A stretch of 64,000 nt of DNA, from assembly GCA_963772835.1 (NCBI GenBank), contig CAVYYZ010000002.1, positions 32,001-96,000 on the forward strand, given 5' to 3'. The notes below the pieces were generated by a model. The model was given only the letters and a program-made list of their open reading frames with translations. It searched no databases and had not been told where the DNA came from. Numbering within the stretch: the first letter of the stretch is position 1; each line of letters begins with the position of its first letter. The DNA comes from an uncultured delta proteobacterium (GTDB lineage: Bacteria; Desulfobacterota; Desulfuromonadia; Geobacterales; Pseudopelobacteraceae). Positions 1 to 10,899 of the stretch are shown piece after piece. A program made the position numbers and the translations under genes.

Positions 1-1
1 A

Positions 2-1888
2 CAGGTCGATGTCGCCCGGCGGCTCTTTCAACTGCACGGAGCCCGTGAAGTCCTGAGCGGCTCTGCCGCACAGGCGGAAATCGATACGCAACTGGCGGTT
101 TTTAATGCCAGACTCCATGAAGAGCCGAAGCGGATCCTGAAAGAATGGCCGGAATTGAAGGCCTCCTACCGCCGCGACCAGCTGGTTACCAGGGTGAGAG
201 ACAAGGAAATCAGGAGCGATCTCTATACAACGACCCTCTCCGGAACCCGTATCCCCAAGGTCTGTCTTCCCGATTACGCTGATCTGGGCGAAATTCTGCG
301 CTGGTGCATGCTTGAAAATGCCCCGGGTTATTTCCCCTTTACCGCAGGAGTCTTCCCGTTCAAGCGGGCCGAAGAGGATCCAAAGAGACAGTTTGCCGGT
401 GAAGGCACTCCCGAGCGGACCAACCGCCGCTTCCACTATCTCTGCAAGGATGATGACGCCAAGCGCCTCTCTACCGCTTTTGACAGCGTGACGCTCTACG
501 GAGAGGATCCTGACTATCCGCCTGATATCTACGGCAAGGTCGGCGAGAGCGGCGTTTCAATCTGCACCGTCAATGACATGCAGAAACTTTTCGCCGGCTT
601 TGATCTCTGCGCCTCCAATACCAGTGTTTCCATTACCATCAACGGCCCGGCGCCGATGATGCTGGCATTTTTCTTCAATGCCGCCACCGAGCAGCAGCTT
701 GATCTTTTCCGGGAGAATAACGGCCGGGAGCCGTCAGAGGCGGAGTACCATGAAATCCGTGCCTGTACGCTGCAAACGGTTCGGGGCACCGTACAGGCAG
801 ACATACTCAAGGAGGATCAGGGGCAGAATACCTGCATCTTTTCAACCGAGTTTGCTCTGAAGATGATGGGGGATATGCAGCAGTATTTCATCGAGCAGAA
901 AGTGCGGAACTACTACTCCGTCTCGATCAGCGGTTATCATATTGCCGAGGCGGGAGCCAACCCGATCAGCCAGCTGGCATTCACCCTCTCCAACGGCTTC
1001 ACGTTTGTCGAGTATTACCTGTCGCGAGGTATGGATATCGATGATTTTGCCGCCAACCTGTCATACTTTTTCTCTAACGGACTCGATCCGGAATACACCG
1101 TCATCGGGCGCGTCGCCCGACGGATCTGGTCGGTCGCGATGCGGGAGAAATATGGTGCCAACGATCGCAGCCAGAAGCTGAAATATCACATCCAGACCTC
1201 CGGTCGCTCGCTGCACGCCCAGGAGATGGATTTCAATGACATCCGCACCACTTTGCAGGCGCTGATGGCAATTTACGACAACTGCAACTCCCTGCACACC
1301 AATGCCTATGACGAAGCGGTTACCACCCCGACAGAAGAGTCGGTTCGCCGGGCGATGGCTATCCAGATGATTATTACCAAAGAATTCGGATTGGCAAAAA
1401 ATGAAAACTCTCTGCAGGGCTCCTTCATAATAGAGGAGTTGACCGATCTGGTGGAAGAGGCGGTTATGGCCGAATTCGAGCGGATCGACTCCCGTGGCGG
1501 AGTGCTGGGCGCTATGGAGACCCAGTATCAGCGCTCCCGCATTCAGGACGAATCGATGCTGTACGAGCATAAGAAACATAATGGAGAGCTGCCGATCGTC
1601 GGGGTCAACACGTTCCTCAACCCCCGTGCCGACGAAGAGGGGTTCAATGTGCCGGGCGAACTGGCCCGGGCAACGAAAGAGGAAAAGGAGCAGCAGATAC
1701 AGAATCTGCGGGCGTTCCAGGAACTCAACAAAGGCGTTGCACCGGCTGCGCTCAAGCGGCTGCAGGAGACGGCCATCGCAGGCGGCAACATCTTTGCCGA
1801 ACTGATGGAGACGGTCAAGGTCGCCTCACTGGGCCAGATTTCTCACGCACTTTATGAAGTCGGTGGAAAATACAGACGAAACATGTAG
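2..1888 (+). CDS. icmF: Fused isobutyryl-CoA mutase IcmF, C-terminal substrate-binding domain (5' part outside window)
   Basis: Frame open from base 2. B12-mutase motifs KRQFAGEG (Phe at the MCM Tyr specificity position, as in ICM), [33 protein letters not shown]. Ends GGKYRRNM with no C-terminal B12 domain, as in IcmF. Confidence 0.9.
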   Translation, partial: QVDVARRLFQLHGAREVLSGSAAQAEIDTQLAVFNARLHEEPKRILKEWPELKASYRRDQLVTRVRDKEIRSDLYTTTLSGTRIPKVCLPDYADLGEILRWCMLENAPGYFPFTAGVFPFKRAEEDPKRQFAGEGTPERTNRRFHYLCKDDDAKRLSTAFDSVTLYGEDPDYPPDIYGKVGESGVSICTVNDMQKLFAGFDLCASNTSVSITINGPAPMMLAFFFNAATEQQLDLFRENNGREPSEAEYHEIRACTLQTVRGTVQADILKEDQGQNTCIFSTEFALKMMGDMQQYFIEQKVRNYYSVSISGYHIAEAGANPISQLAFTLSNGFTFVEYYLSRGMDIDDFAANLSYFFSNGLDPEYTVIGRVARRIWSVAMREKYGANDRSQKLKYHIQTSGRSLHAQEMDFNDIRTTLQALMAIYDNCNSLHTNAYDEAVTTPTEESVRRAMAIQMIITKEFGLAKNENSLQGSFIIEELTDLVEEAVMAEFERIDSRGGVLGAMETQYQRSRIQDESMLYEHKKHNGELPIVGVNTFLNPRADEEGFNVPGELARATKEEKEQQIQNLRAFQELNKGVAPAALKRLQETAIAGGNIFAELMETVKVASLGQISHALYEVGGKYRRNM

Positions 1889-1897
1889 GAGTACAGA

Positions 1898-2422
1898 ATG
1901 GACATCTTTCAGGTAATCCGTGATCGACGCAGCATCCGGAAGTATAAAGACATCCCGGTAGAGCGGGAAAAGATTGATCAGGTGCTGGATGCGGCGCGAC
2001 TGGCTCCTTCATGGAAAAATCTCCAGTGCTGGCGCTTTCTGGTACTGACCGCTCCGGAGAAAAAAGAAGCCCTGCTGTCGGCTTTCGGAGAGGACAACCC
2101 CGGGAAAAAGGCGTTTCTCCAGGCTCCGGTCGCCATAGTGGTCTGCGCCGATCCATCTGAGTCGGATCTGAACCATGGCATTGAGTACTTTGTGGCCGAC
2201 GTTGCCATAGCCTTTGAGCATATCTGTCTGGCAGCACATGCCCTGGGGCTCGGCACCTGCTGGATGGGGATGTTTGACGAGGCGGATATGAAGGTGAAAC
2301 TGGGTATTCCGGATACCGTGCGGGTAGTCGGTGTTACGCCTCTCGGGTACCCCGATCAGGAGCCGAAACCGCGGCCTCGCAAGGAGTTGTCGGAGATCGC
2401 ATTTTTTGACCAGTGGCCGTAA
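1898..2422 (+). CDS. Nitroreductase family flavoprotein
   Basis: RRSIRKY, ARLAPSWKNLQ and GLGTCW motifs; AGGAG RBS. Confidence 0.9.
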   Translation: MDIFQVIRDRRSIRKYKDIPVEREKIDQVLDAARLAPSWKNLQCWRFLVLTAPEKKEALLSAFGEDNPGKKAFLQAPVAIVVCADPSESDLNHGIEYFVADVAIAFEHICLAAHALGLGTCWMGMFDEADMKVKLGIPDTVRVVGVTPLGYPDQEPKPRPRKELSEIAFFDQWP

Positions 2423-2450
2423 TAAAATTTAATTGTTGCAGGAGACCGTC

Positions 2451-3617
2451 ATGTTCACACACTCTGAATCGCACCACCGCACTTCCGGCATGCAGAAGCT
2501 TCTCAAGGAAAAGGGGCTCGACGGAGCGCTTATTATTTTTCCGATCGATGTCTATTATTACACCGGCACCCGCCAGAACTCGACGCTGTGGATACCAGCG
2601 GAAGGTGATCCGATACTGCTGGTGCGCAAGAGCTATTCGCGGGCAAAAGAAGAGAGTCCCATTGCCGATATCAGACCTTTCCCCTCCAGCAAAGATTTTC
2701 CGGCACTGTTCGGGGATCATCTGAAAAAAATAGGTTTCACCTTCGACGTGGCGCCGGTGCAGCAGCTGAACTTCTACAGCAGGCTCCTTCCCGGTCGGGA
2801 GTTTATTGATATTTCGGGCCTCAACCGGGATCTGCGCTCGGTCAAGTCCGCCTATGAACTGGAGCAGTTGCGACAGACCGCCGCCGCAAGCTGCTCGGTG
2901 TATGCAACCATACCGGAATTTCTCAAACGCGGCATGCGCGAGATCGACATAGCCGCAGAATTGGAAAGCCGTCTGCGCAAGGCCGGCAGTGAAGGCTACG
3001 TCCGGATGCGCTCCTACAACCAGGAGCTGTTCATGGGGTTGGCCGTCTCGGCCGGCTCTGCGAGTTACGGTTTTTTTGACGGAGCCGTCACCGGCCGCGG
3101 GCTGTCAAATGCTTCCCCTCACGGTGCCTCAAGGGATCTGATCCGGGAGAACGAACCTATTCTGCTGGATTATTCTTTCGTCCACAACGGCTACATTACA
3201 GACATGACCCGCGTCTTTGTCTTCGGGACCCTCGATGCGGAATTACAGCGGGCTTTCGATCTTTCCCTTGAAATCCAGAGCGCCCTTCAGCAGGCATTGA
3301 AACCGGGGGCCATCTGCGAAGAGCTGTTTTTTATGGCGGCCGCCATGGCGGATGCGGCCGGTTTTGGCACAAATTTCATGGGAATGCCGGGTGAACAGGC
3401 CAAATTTGTCGGGCACGGAGTCGGGCTTGAACTGGATGAACTCCCGGTTTTAGCGCAGGGATTCAAGTCGCCGCTTCAGGCCGGGCAGACCATCGCCATT
3501 GAACCCAAATTCGTTATTCCCGGAAAAGGCGGAATCGGCATAGAAAACACCTTTGCCGTGACCGCAAACGGCGGCGAAAAACTCACTGACATGCCGGACA
3601 AGATACTATTTTTATAA
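2451..3617 (+). CDS. M24 family (Xaa-Pro type) metallopeptidase
   Basis: Creatinase-like N-domain, then LRSVKS, D..GYITDMTR, GHGVGLE, IEPK, IENT metal ligands. ATG 2451 follows AGGAG. Confidence 0.85.
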   Translation: MFTHSESHHRTSGMQKLLKEKGLDGALIIFPIDVYYYTGTRQNSTLWIPAEGDPILLVRKSYSRAKEESPIADIRPFPSSKDFPALFGDHLKKIGFTFDVAPVQQLNFYSRLLPGREFIDISGLNRDLRSVKSAYELEQLRQTAAASCSVYATIPEFLKRGMREIDIAAELESRLRKAGSEGYVRMRSYNQELFMGLAVSAGSASYGFFDGAVTGRGLSNASPHGASRDLIRENEPILLDYSFVHNGYITDMTRVFVFGTLDAELQRAFDLSLEIQSALQQALKPGAICEELFFMAAAMADAAGFGTNFMGMPGEQAKFVGHGVGLELDELPVLAQGFKSPLQAGQTIAIEPKFVIPGKGGIGIENTFAVTANGGEKLTDMPDKILFL

Positions 3618-3764
3618 CGTCTTTCCGTAATTGCCCGCTACGGCTCTGCTCTGAAATATTCGCAACACGCATGATACTGCGCATTCTTGAGTCGCTTTTC
3701 TGCTGATTTAAACGTACTTTGTCTTCGGATATTTCTTTTATGTAAAATTATGTTATATGCCGTA

Positions 3765-3793
3765 TTGACATGAACGTAAACGGAATGTATAGT
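3765..3793 (+). promoter_or_regulatory. sigma70-type promoter of thiolase operon
   Basis: TTGACA (3765-3770), 17 nt spacer, TATAGT (3788-3793), about 35 nt upstream of the thiolase ATG. Confidence 0.7.
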
Positions 3794-3828
3794 CCGGCGT
3801 ATACTAACACTCTATCGGAGGCGGTAAT

Positions 3829-5007
3829 ATGAAAGAAGAGGTCTATGTTGTCGATGGTATGAGGACGCCGTTCGGCTCTTTTGGCGGTGTCTTGTCGGAT
3901 GTAGCTGCGCCCCAGTTGGCCGCCGCGGCGATAAAAGGTCTTCTGAGCCGGAATACGCTGCCTGCGGAGGCTGTCAGTGAAGTGATTCTCGGACAGGTGC
4001 TGAGCGGCGGATGCGGACAGGCTCCCGCCCGTCAGGCGATGCGAAGCGCCGGTCTGCCGGATGCAGTCCCTGCGCTGACGATAAACAAGGTCTGTGGCAG
4101 CGGACTTAAAGCGGTAATGCTGGGCAGTGACTCGATACAGCTCGGCAATGCCGATATTGTGCTGGCCGGCGGCATGGAAAACATGTCCATGGCCCCCTAT
4201 TTTCTAAAAAAGGCCCGCAACGGTTTCCGCATGGGCAATGGCGAAATATTCGACCTGATGATCCACGACGGCCTTTCCGATCCCTACACCGGAGTGCATA
4301 TGGGTGACATCGGGGAAGCGAGCGTTGCGCGCAATGAACTTACTCGGGAAGAACAGGATGCTCTGGCTCTTCGCTCCTATCAACTGGCCCAGAAAGCCGT
4401 AAAAGAAGGGATCTTCGCGCAGGAAATTGCCCCGGTAGTCAAGAGCGTTCGCGGCGTGGACACGGTGGTTTCCAGTGATGAAGAGCCGTTCAAGGTTGAT
4501 TTTGACAAGCTTACCAAACTGAAACCGGTCTTTAAAAAAGACGGCAGTATCACGGCCGGAAACGCATCATCTATAAGTGACGGAGCCGCACTGCTGCTTC
4601 TGGCAGGTGCTGCCGCGGTAAAAAAACACCATCTGACGGCAAAAGCCCGCATAGTCGCTTCAGCAACCAGCAGCCTCCACCCCGACTACTTCCCTGAAGC
4701 GCCGGTTTCGGCCATTCAGGCGGCTTGCGCCAGAGCCGGTCTCAAGGTTGAAGACATCGATCTGTTTGAGATCAACGAAGCGTTTGCCTCTGTCCCCCTG
4801 ATTGCCATCAAGAGCTTAAAGCTTGATCCTGCCAAAGTTAACGTCAATGGCGGTGCCTGCGCCATCGGTCATCCGATCGGCGCCAGCGGTGCCCGTCTGG
4901 CACTGACAGTTATCCGTGAACTGCATACACGCAACCTGCGCTACGGACTTGCCACTCTCTGTATCGGTGGGGGCGAAGCGGTAGCGGTAATTTTTGAAAG
5001 AGTATAA
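3829..5007 (+). CDS. Acetyl-CoA C-acetyltransferase (thiolase)
   Basis: [20 protein letters not shown] and LCIGGG catalytic motifs. Confidence 0.95.
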   Translation: MKEEVYVVDGMRTPFGSFGGVLSDVAAPQLAAAAIKGLLSRNTLPAEAVSEVILGQVLSGGCGQAPARQAMRSAGLPDAVPALTINKVCGSGLKAVMLGSDSIQLGNADIVLAGGMENMSMAPYFLKKARNGFRMGNGEIFDLMIHDGLSDPYTGVHMGDIGEASVARNELTREEQDALALRSYQLAQKAVKEGIFAQEIAPVVKSVRGVDTVVSSDEEPFKVDFDKLTKLKPVFKKDGSITAGNASSISDGAALLLLAGAAAVKKHHLTAKARIVASATSSLHPDYFPEAPVSAIQAACARAGLKVEDIDLFEINEAFASVPLIAIKSLKLDPAKVNVNGGACAIGHPIGASGARLALTVIRELHTRNLRYGLATLCIGGGEAVAVIFERV

Positions 5008-5030
5008 TTCGACCGGATATCAAAACCCGC

Positions 5031-5143
5031 CACGGAGGCACGGAGGCACAGAGAACATCATGGGACGTGCGAAACCTGTGAAAGCGGGTGCAGGCCTGAA
5101 CAAAAACGAGCCATGATTTCTCTGATTCCCTCCGTGTACCCGT
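5031..5143. repeat. Intergenic element with octamer tandem repeats and complementary right arm
   Basis: CACGGAGG-CACGGAGG-CACAGAG (5031-5053) is complementary to TTCTCTG (5118-5124) and CCTCCGTG (5129-5136). Confidence 0.55.
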
Positions 5144-5172
5144 AATGAGCGTTTAATTTTTTGGAGGTTACC

Positions 5173-6018
<846 letters not shown>

Positions 6019-6028
6019 GGGGGACAAT

Positions 6029-6811
6029 ATGGATTTGAAATATATTCAGCTGGAATCAACGGAAGGTGTAACGACGTTGACCATCAACCGTCGCGAAACC
6101 ATGAATTCACTCAGCAGCGTAGTATTGGCCGAACTGGAGTGCGCCCTCTATGAACTGGACCTGGACGCGGCCGTCAAGGTCGTTGTCATTACCGGTGCGG
6201 GAGAGAAAGCCTTCGTTGCCGGCGCTGACATCAAGGAAATGTCCGAGATGTCTTCCTTTGAAGGGCATGCCTTTGGCCGTACCGGTCAACGGGTGATGTT
6301 ATTCATTGAAAAGATGAAGAAGCCTGTTATTGCCGCCGTGAACGGGTATGCGCTGGGTGGGGGACTTGAACTTGCCCTGGCCTGCGACTTTATCTACGCA
6401 TCAGAAAAAGCCAAATTGGGGTTCCCCGAAGTTGGCCTCGGCATCATGCCGGGCTTTGGCGGCACTCAGAATCTGGCACGCCTCATCGGCCCGAACAAGG
6501 CTAACGAGATGATCTTCACCGGCAGGGTTATCAGCGCCCAGAAGGCCCTGTCATGGGGCATTGTAAATGAGGTGTTCGCTCCGGAAGAACTGATGGAAAA
6601 GACATTGGCTACGGCCCGTGAAATCGCCGGCAGGGGGACGGTAGGTGTTGGATACGCAAAAGATGCCATCGCCAACGGACTTAACATGACCAAGGTCGAC
6701 GGCTTCCGTTATGAGGCATCCATGTTCGGAGTTCTCTTCTCTACAGATGATCAGCGCGAAGGAATGGGCGCATTTTTAACAAAACGGACCGCTGAATTCA
6801 AGGGCAGATAA
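6029..6811 (+). CDS. crt: Short-chain enoyl-CoA hydratase (crotonase)
   Basis: AFVAGADI, ALGGGLE and PEVGLGIMPGFGGTQ motifs. Confidence 0.92.
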   Translation: MDLKYIQLESTEGVTTLTINRRETMNSLSSVVLAELECALYELDLDAAVKVVVITGAGEKAFVAGADIKEMSEMSSFEGHAFGRTGQRVMLFIEKMKKPVIAAVNGYALGGGLELALACDFIYASEKAKLGFPEVGLGIMPGFGGTQNLARLIGPNKANEMIFTGRVISAQKALSWGIVNEVFAPEELMEKTLATAREIAGRGTVGVGYAKDAIANGLNMTKVDGFRYEASMFGVLFSTDDQREGMGAFLTKRTAEFKGR

Positions 6812-6833
6812 TATAAATTCCGGAGGGATAATC

Positions 6834-7973
6834 ATGAATTTCGAACTGAGCCAGGATCACAAGGTATTGCAGGCAGCCGTACGGGATTTTGTTGAAAAAG
6901 AGATCAAACCGATCGCCATGAAGATTGACGAAGAGCATATGATCCCCGACACTCTGGTAAAGAAAATGTCTGAAATGGGGTTATTGGGGAGCTATTTTCC
7001 GGAGGAATACGGCGGAGCCGGTCTTGATGTACTCTCCTATGCCATCGTGGTGGAAGAGGTTTCAAAAGCGTGCGGTTCCAGCGGCGTTTTGATTTCCGCA
7101 CACACCTCCCTTGCCAACGGCCCGATTTACACCTTCGGCACTGAAGAACAGAAGAAAAAATGGCTGCCGGACCTCAACACCGGTAATAAAATCGGCTGCT
7201 TCCTGCTGACCGAACCGAATGCCGGCAGCGATGCCGGAGGGACCGCCACTACGTACAAACGTGAAGGTGACGAGTTCGTCATCAACGGCAGCAAAATTTT
7301 TATTACCAACGGCGGCTATCTGGGAACCGGTGTACTGTTCGCATCCTTCGACCGTTCGCTCAAGCACAAGGGGATCAGCGCCTTTATCGTTGATCTGAAA
7401 TCACCCGGAGTGACGATTCTTAAAAATGAAAACAAGATGGGTATTCGCGGCAGCTACACCACCGCCTTTGCCTTTGACGACCTGCGCGTACCGGTGGAGA
7501 ACCTGCTGGGTGAAGAAGGCAAAGGATTCAACGTCGCCATGGACACCTTGAACGGCGGCCGTATCGGCATCGCCTCACAGGCGCTCGGTATCGCAGAAGG
7601 GGCATTCGAACGGGCACTGGCATATTCCAAGGAGCGCAAGCAGTTTGATCAGTCCATCAGTGAATTTCAGGCGATTCAATTCAAGCTTGCCGATATGTAC
7701 GCCCGCATCGAAACCAGCAAGCTGATGATCTACAAGGCCGCCTGGCTTAAAGACAACAAGATGAACTACACTATGGAATCTGCAATGTGCAAGATGCTGG
7801 CATCCGAGACTGCCACCTACGTTACCAAGGAAGCGATGCAGATTTTTGGCGGCTACGGCTTTATCTGCGATTATGAAATCGAGCGGATGTACCGCGACGC
7901 CAAGATCACCGAGATTTATGAAGGCACCAATGAGGTGCAGCGTGTGGTGATTTCGAAACTGTTGCTTTCATAA
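6834..7973 (+). CDS. Acyl-CoA dehydrogenase (butyryl-CoA type)
   Basis: LTEPNAGSD, KIFITNG, GGRIGIA, YRDAKITEIYEGT. Confidence 0.92.
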   Translation: MNFELSQDHKVLQAAVRDFVEKEIKPIAMKIDEEHMIPDTLVKKMSEMGLLGSYFPEEYGGAGLDVLSYAIVVEEVSKACGSSGVLISAHTSLANGPIYTFGTEEQKKKWLPDLNTGNKIGCFLLTEPNAGSDAGGTATTYKREGDEFVINGSKIFITNGGYLGTGVLFASFDRSLKHKGISAFIVDLKSPGVTILKNENKMGIRGSYTTAFAFDDLRVPVENLLGEEGKGFNVAMDTLNGGRIGIASQALGIAEGAFERALAYSKERKQFDQSISEFQAIQFKLADMYARIETSKLMIYKAAWLKDNKMNYTMESAMCKMLASETATYVTKEAMQIFGGYGFICDYEIERMYRDAKITEIYEGTNEVQRVVISKLLLS

Positions 7974-7989
7974 TACCTGCATATTTTAA

Positions 7990-8021
7990 TACTTGACATG
8001 TGCGTCAAGTAAAACTATATA
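7990..8021 (+). promoter_or_regulatory. Internal sigma70 promoter with overlapping inverted-repeat operator
   Basis: TTGACA (7993-7998)-N17-TATATA (8016-8021); perfect IR TACTTGAC-N6-GTCAAGTA (7990-8011). Confidence 0.6.
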
Positions 8022-8057
8022 CGACGCAGCAGGTATCAATTCATGAGAGGTGTCACT

Positions 8058-10043
8058 GTGGAAGCTACCCGTCTAATTTACTGGAACATCGGCCACAGCG
8101 TCGTTATCCCGATGTATATTCTGGCCTTTGCCGCGTTCGGCTTCATGGGTTGGGGATTCTGGAAGCGCCTGCCGGTCTGGCGTCAGGGTAAAGCGCTTGA
8201 TCGCTTCGATCGCTACGACGAACGGATCAAGCGGATGCTGGCCGAAGTATTCAGTCAATCTAAAATTTTCCGTGTCACCGACGGCGGAATCTTCCACTCC
8301 ATATTCTTCTGGAGCTTCCTGATTCTCTTCGCCGGCACGATGATGGTCATGTTCCAGGCCGACTTCTTCACCCCGGTTTTGAATGTCAACCTCCTTTCCG
8401 GCGAATTCTACAAGGGATTCTCACTGGTACTGGACATAGCCGGCATCCTCGCCATTGTCATGCTGGCGGGGCTCTTCATCCGCAGATTCGTCACCAGGCC
8501 CGAAGGGCTGGAAATCGTGCGCGATGACTATATCGTCCTGCAGCTGCTGTTTGCGATCCTGATCACCGGGTTCCTCATTGAGGGGGCCCGCATGGCCGCT
8601 ACAGAGATGCAGCAGAACCAGGGGCTGGCACTCTACTCGCCGGGCGGGCTGCTGGCGGGACAACTCTTTACCTCACTGGCAACCGGCACCCTGCTCGTTA
8701 CCCATAAAATCCTCTGGTGGGTTCACTTTGCCCTGGTTCTCGGTTTCTTTTGCGCCATTCCCTACACCAAACTGCGCCACATCTTCACCACCAGCGCCAA
8801 TGCATTTCTGGCCCCCTTTGAAGCGAAAGGAAGCATCGCCACCATCAACATGGAAGACGATACCGTCGAACAGTTCGGCGCCGCCGCCATAACCGATCTG
8901 ACCTGGAAAGACATCTTCGATGCCGACGCCTGCACCTCATGCAAACGCTGCCAGGACCGCTGTCCGGCCTACGCCACCGACAAGCCGCTCTCGCCGATGA
9001 AAATCGTCAAGCAGATCGGTGAACTGGCCGAAGGAAACCCGACCGGCAACCTGATCGAAACCGTCAGTCAGGATGCCCTCTGGTCCTGCACCACCTGCCG
9101 CGCCTGTCAGGACATCTGCCCGGCCAACATCGAACATGTTAACAAGATCCTCGAGATGAGGCGCAACCTCACCCTCATGGAAGGCGCCTTCCCGGGTGAC
9201 GAAGTTAAAACGGCGGTCAACAACATAGAAGTCAACGGCAACCCGTTCGGCCTCGCCTACGCCGCCCGGGGCGACTGGGCGGAAGGACTGCAGATATCAA
9301 CAATGGGACAGGACAGCGACGTCGACATTCTCTACTTCGTCGGCTGCTACGCCTCCTTCGACCGTCGCAACCAGACGGTTGCCCGCAACTTCATCACCAT
9401 CTGCAACGCCGCCGGAGTAAAAGTCGGCATCCTCGGCAAAGAGGAGAAATGCTGCGGCGAGCCGGTCAGAAAACTGGGGAATGAGTACCTGTACCAGATG
9501 ACCGCAGCCGAAAACATCGAACTGATCAAGGCGTACAACGTCAAAAAAATAGTCACCACCTGCCCGCACTGCTTCAACACCCTGGCCCGCGACTACAAGG
9601 ATCTTGGCCTGGACGTTCCGGTCGAGCACTACAGTACCTACATCAACACCCTGCTCGAAACTAACCGGCTCAAACTGACACCGGAGCCGTTTGAATTCAC
9701 CTATCACGACTCCTGCTACCTTGGCCGCTACATGGACATCATCGACCAGCCGAGAGCGGTCCTGTGGCAGACCGGCGGGACGCTCATCGAAATGGATAAA
9801 AACGGCTACGACAGTTTCTGCTGCAGCGCCGGCGGCGGACGTATTATCGCCGAAGAGAAGCTGGGGAGCAAGATCAGCGAAGTCAGGATCAAAATGGCCA
9901 CCGACACCGGTGCGCCGCTCCTGATTTCCAACTGCCCCTTCTGCCTCACCATGTTCGAGGACGGCATCAAGACCGGCGGCGCGGAAGAAATTCTGCAGGT
10001 GAGAGATCTGGCGGAAATAGTCGCTGAACGGATAACGGTATAA
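8058..10043 (+). CDS. Membrane ETF:(methyl)menaquinone oxidoreductase-type protein (NarI-like TM domain, two 4Fe-4S, two CCG domains)
   Basis: Hydrophobic helices with conserved His; CTSCKRCQDRCP and CTTCRACQDICP; CCG domains; directly upstream of etfBA. GTG 8058 follows GAGG; ATG 8043 is the alternative start. Confidence 0.85.
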   Translation: MEATRLIYWNIGHSVVIPMYILAFAAFGFMGWGFWKRLPVWRQGKALDRFDRYDERIKRMLAEVFSQSKIFRVTDGGIFHSIFFWSFLILFAGTMMVMFQADFFTPVLNVNLLSGEFYKGFSLVLDIAGILAIVMLAGLFIRRFVTRPEGLEIVRDDYIVLQLLFAILITGFLIEGARMAATEMQQNQGLALYSPGGLLAGQLFTSLATGTLLVTHKILWWVHFALVLGFFCAIPYTKLRHIFTTSANAFLAPFEAKGSIATINMEDDTVEQFGAAAITDLTWKDIFDADACTSCKRCQDRCPAYATDKPLSPMKIVKQIGELAEGNPTGNLIETVSQDALWSCTTCRACQDICPANIEHVNKILEMRRNLTLMEGAFPGDEVKTAVNNIEVNGNPFGLAYAARGDWAEGLQISTMGQDSDVDILYFVGCYASFDRRNQTVARNFITICNAAGVKVGILGKEEKCCGEPVRKLGNEYLYQMTAAENIELIKAYNVKKIVTTCPHCFNTLARDYKDLGLDVPVEHYSTYINTLLETNRLKLTPEPFEFTYHDSCYLGRYMDIIDQPRAVLWQTGGTLIEMDKNGYDSFCCSAGGGRIIAEEKLGSKISEVRIKMATDTGAPLLISNCPFCLTMFEDGIKTGGAEEILQVRDLAEIVAERITV

Positions 10044-10077
10044 CAGCTATCAGCTATCAGCTATCAGCTATCAGCTA
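10044..10077. repeat. Heptamer tandem repeat (CAGCTAT) x4 plus partial unit
   Basis: Begins immediately after the stop codon at 10043. Confidence 0.95.
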
Positions 10078-10113
10078 AACAGGATACCAGGATATAATTT
10101 CAGGAGGTATCAC

Positions 10114-10890
10114 ATGAAACTGCTTGTCTGCATCAAACAGGTCCCCGACCTTGAATCGCGCTTCAAGCCAGACTCCGCAGGAGTCTGGTACAACGAAACC
10201 GACCTTGCCTTCCGCATGAACGAATACGATGAATACGCCGTGGAACAGGCCGTTCAGCTGCGTGAAAAACTGGGTGAAGGATGTGAACTCACCGTCCTCT
10301 CCATCGGCCCCGACCGCGTCGTCGAAGCGATAAAGAAATCCCTCGCCATGGGATGCGACAACGCCGCCCACATCCAGGACCCCGCCGCATCCGGCAAAGA
10401 CCCCTGGCAGATCGCCTCCATCATCGCCGCCTACGCCGCAGGCAAAGGCTTCGACATCATCTTCACCGGCATGCAGAGTCAGGACCGGGGCTCCGCCCAG
10501 GTCGGCGTCACCGTTGCCGAAAAGCTCGGCCTCGCCTGCACCACAACCATCATCGGCTTCGACTATGATAGCGGCACCATCACCGCCCGGCGGGAACTGG
10601 AAGGGGGCATCAAAGCCATCGTCAAACTGAAAACCCCCGCTCTCGTCACCTGCCAGCTGGGACTCAACATACCGCGCTACCCGACCCTCCCCAACATCAT
10701 GAAAGCCAAGAAAAAAGAGATCACCGCCATACCGGTCGCCGACCTCCTGAAAGAAGACGCAGTGGCCACCACCGTCAGCTTCCACCCACCCGCCAAAAAA
10801 GGGGGCGGTATCGTCCTTGAAGGGGACGTCGGCGAACTGGCAGATAAAATCATAGCGATACTCAAAGACAAAACCGCCGTACTGAGATAG
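10114..10890 (+). CDS. etfB: Electron transfer flavoprotein beta subunit
   Basis: VCIKQVPD, DEYAVEQA, PRYPTLPNIMKAKKK. Confidence 0.95.
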   Translation: MKLLVCIKQVPDLESRFKPDSAGVWYNETDLAFRMNEYDEYAVEQAVQLREKLGEGCELTVLSIGPDRVVEAIKKSLAMGCDNAAHIQDPAASGKDPWQIASIIAAYAAGKGFDIIFTGMQSQDRGSAQVGVTVAEKLGLACTTTIIGFDYDSGTITARRELEGGIKAIVKLKTPALVTCQLGLNIPRYPTLPNIMKAKKKEITAIPVADLLKEDAVATTVSFHPPAKKGGGIVLEGDVGELADKIIAILKDKTAVLR

Positions 10891-10899
10891 GAGACCACC

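Noticed and set aside
5062..5101. Resemblance to a c-di-GMP-I (GEMM) riboswitch: GCGAAACCTGT-GAAA-GCGGG...GGCCTGAAC
   Set aside because: The GCAAAGC junction and a convincing second stem with tetraloop receptor are missing, and the site is mid-operon. An Infernal scan would settle it.
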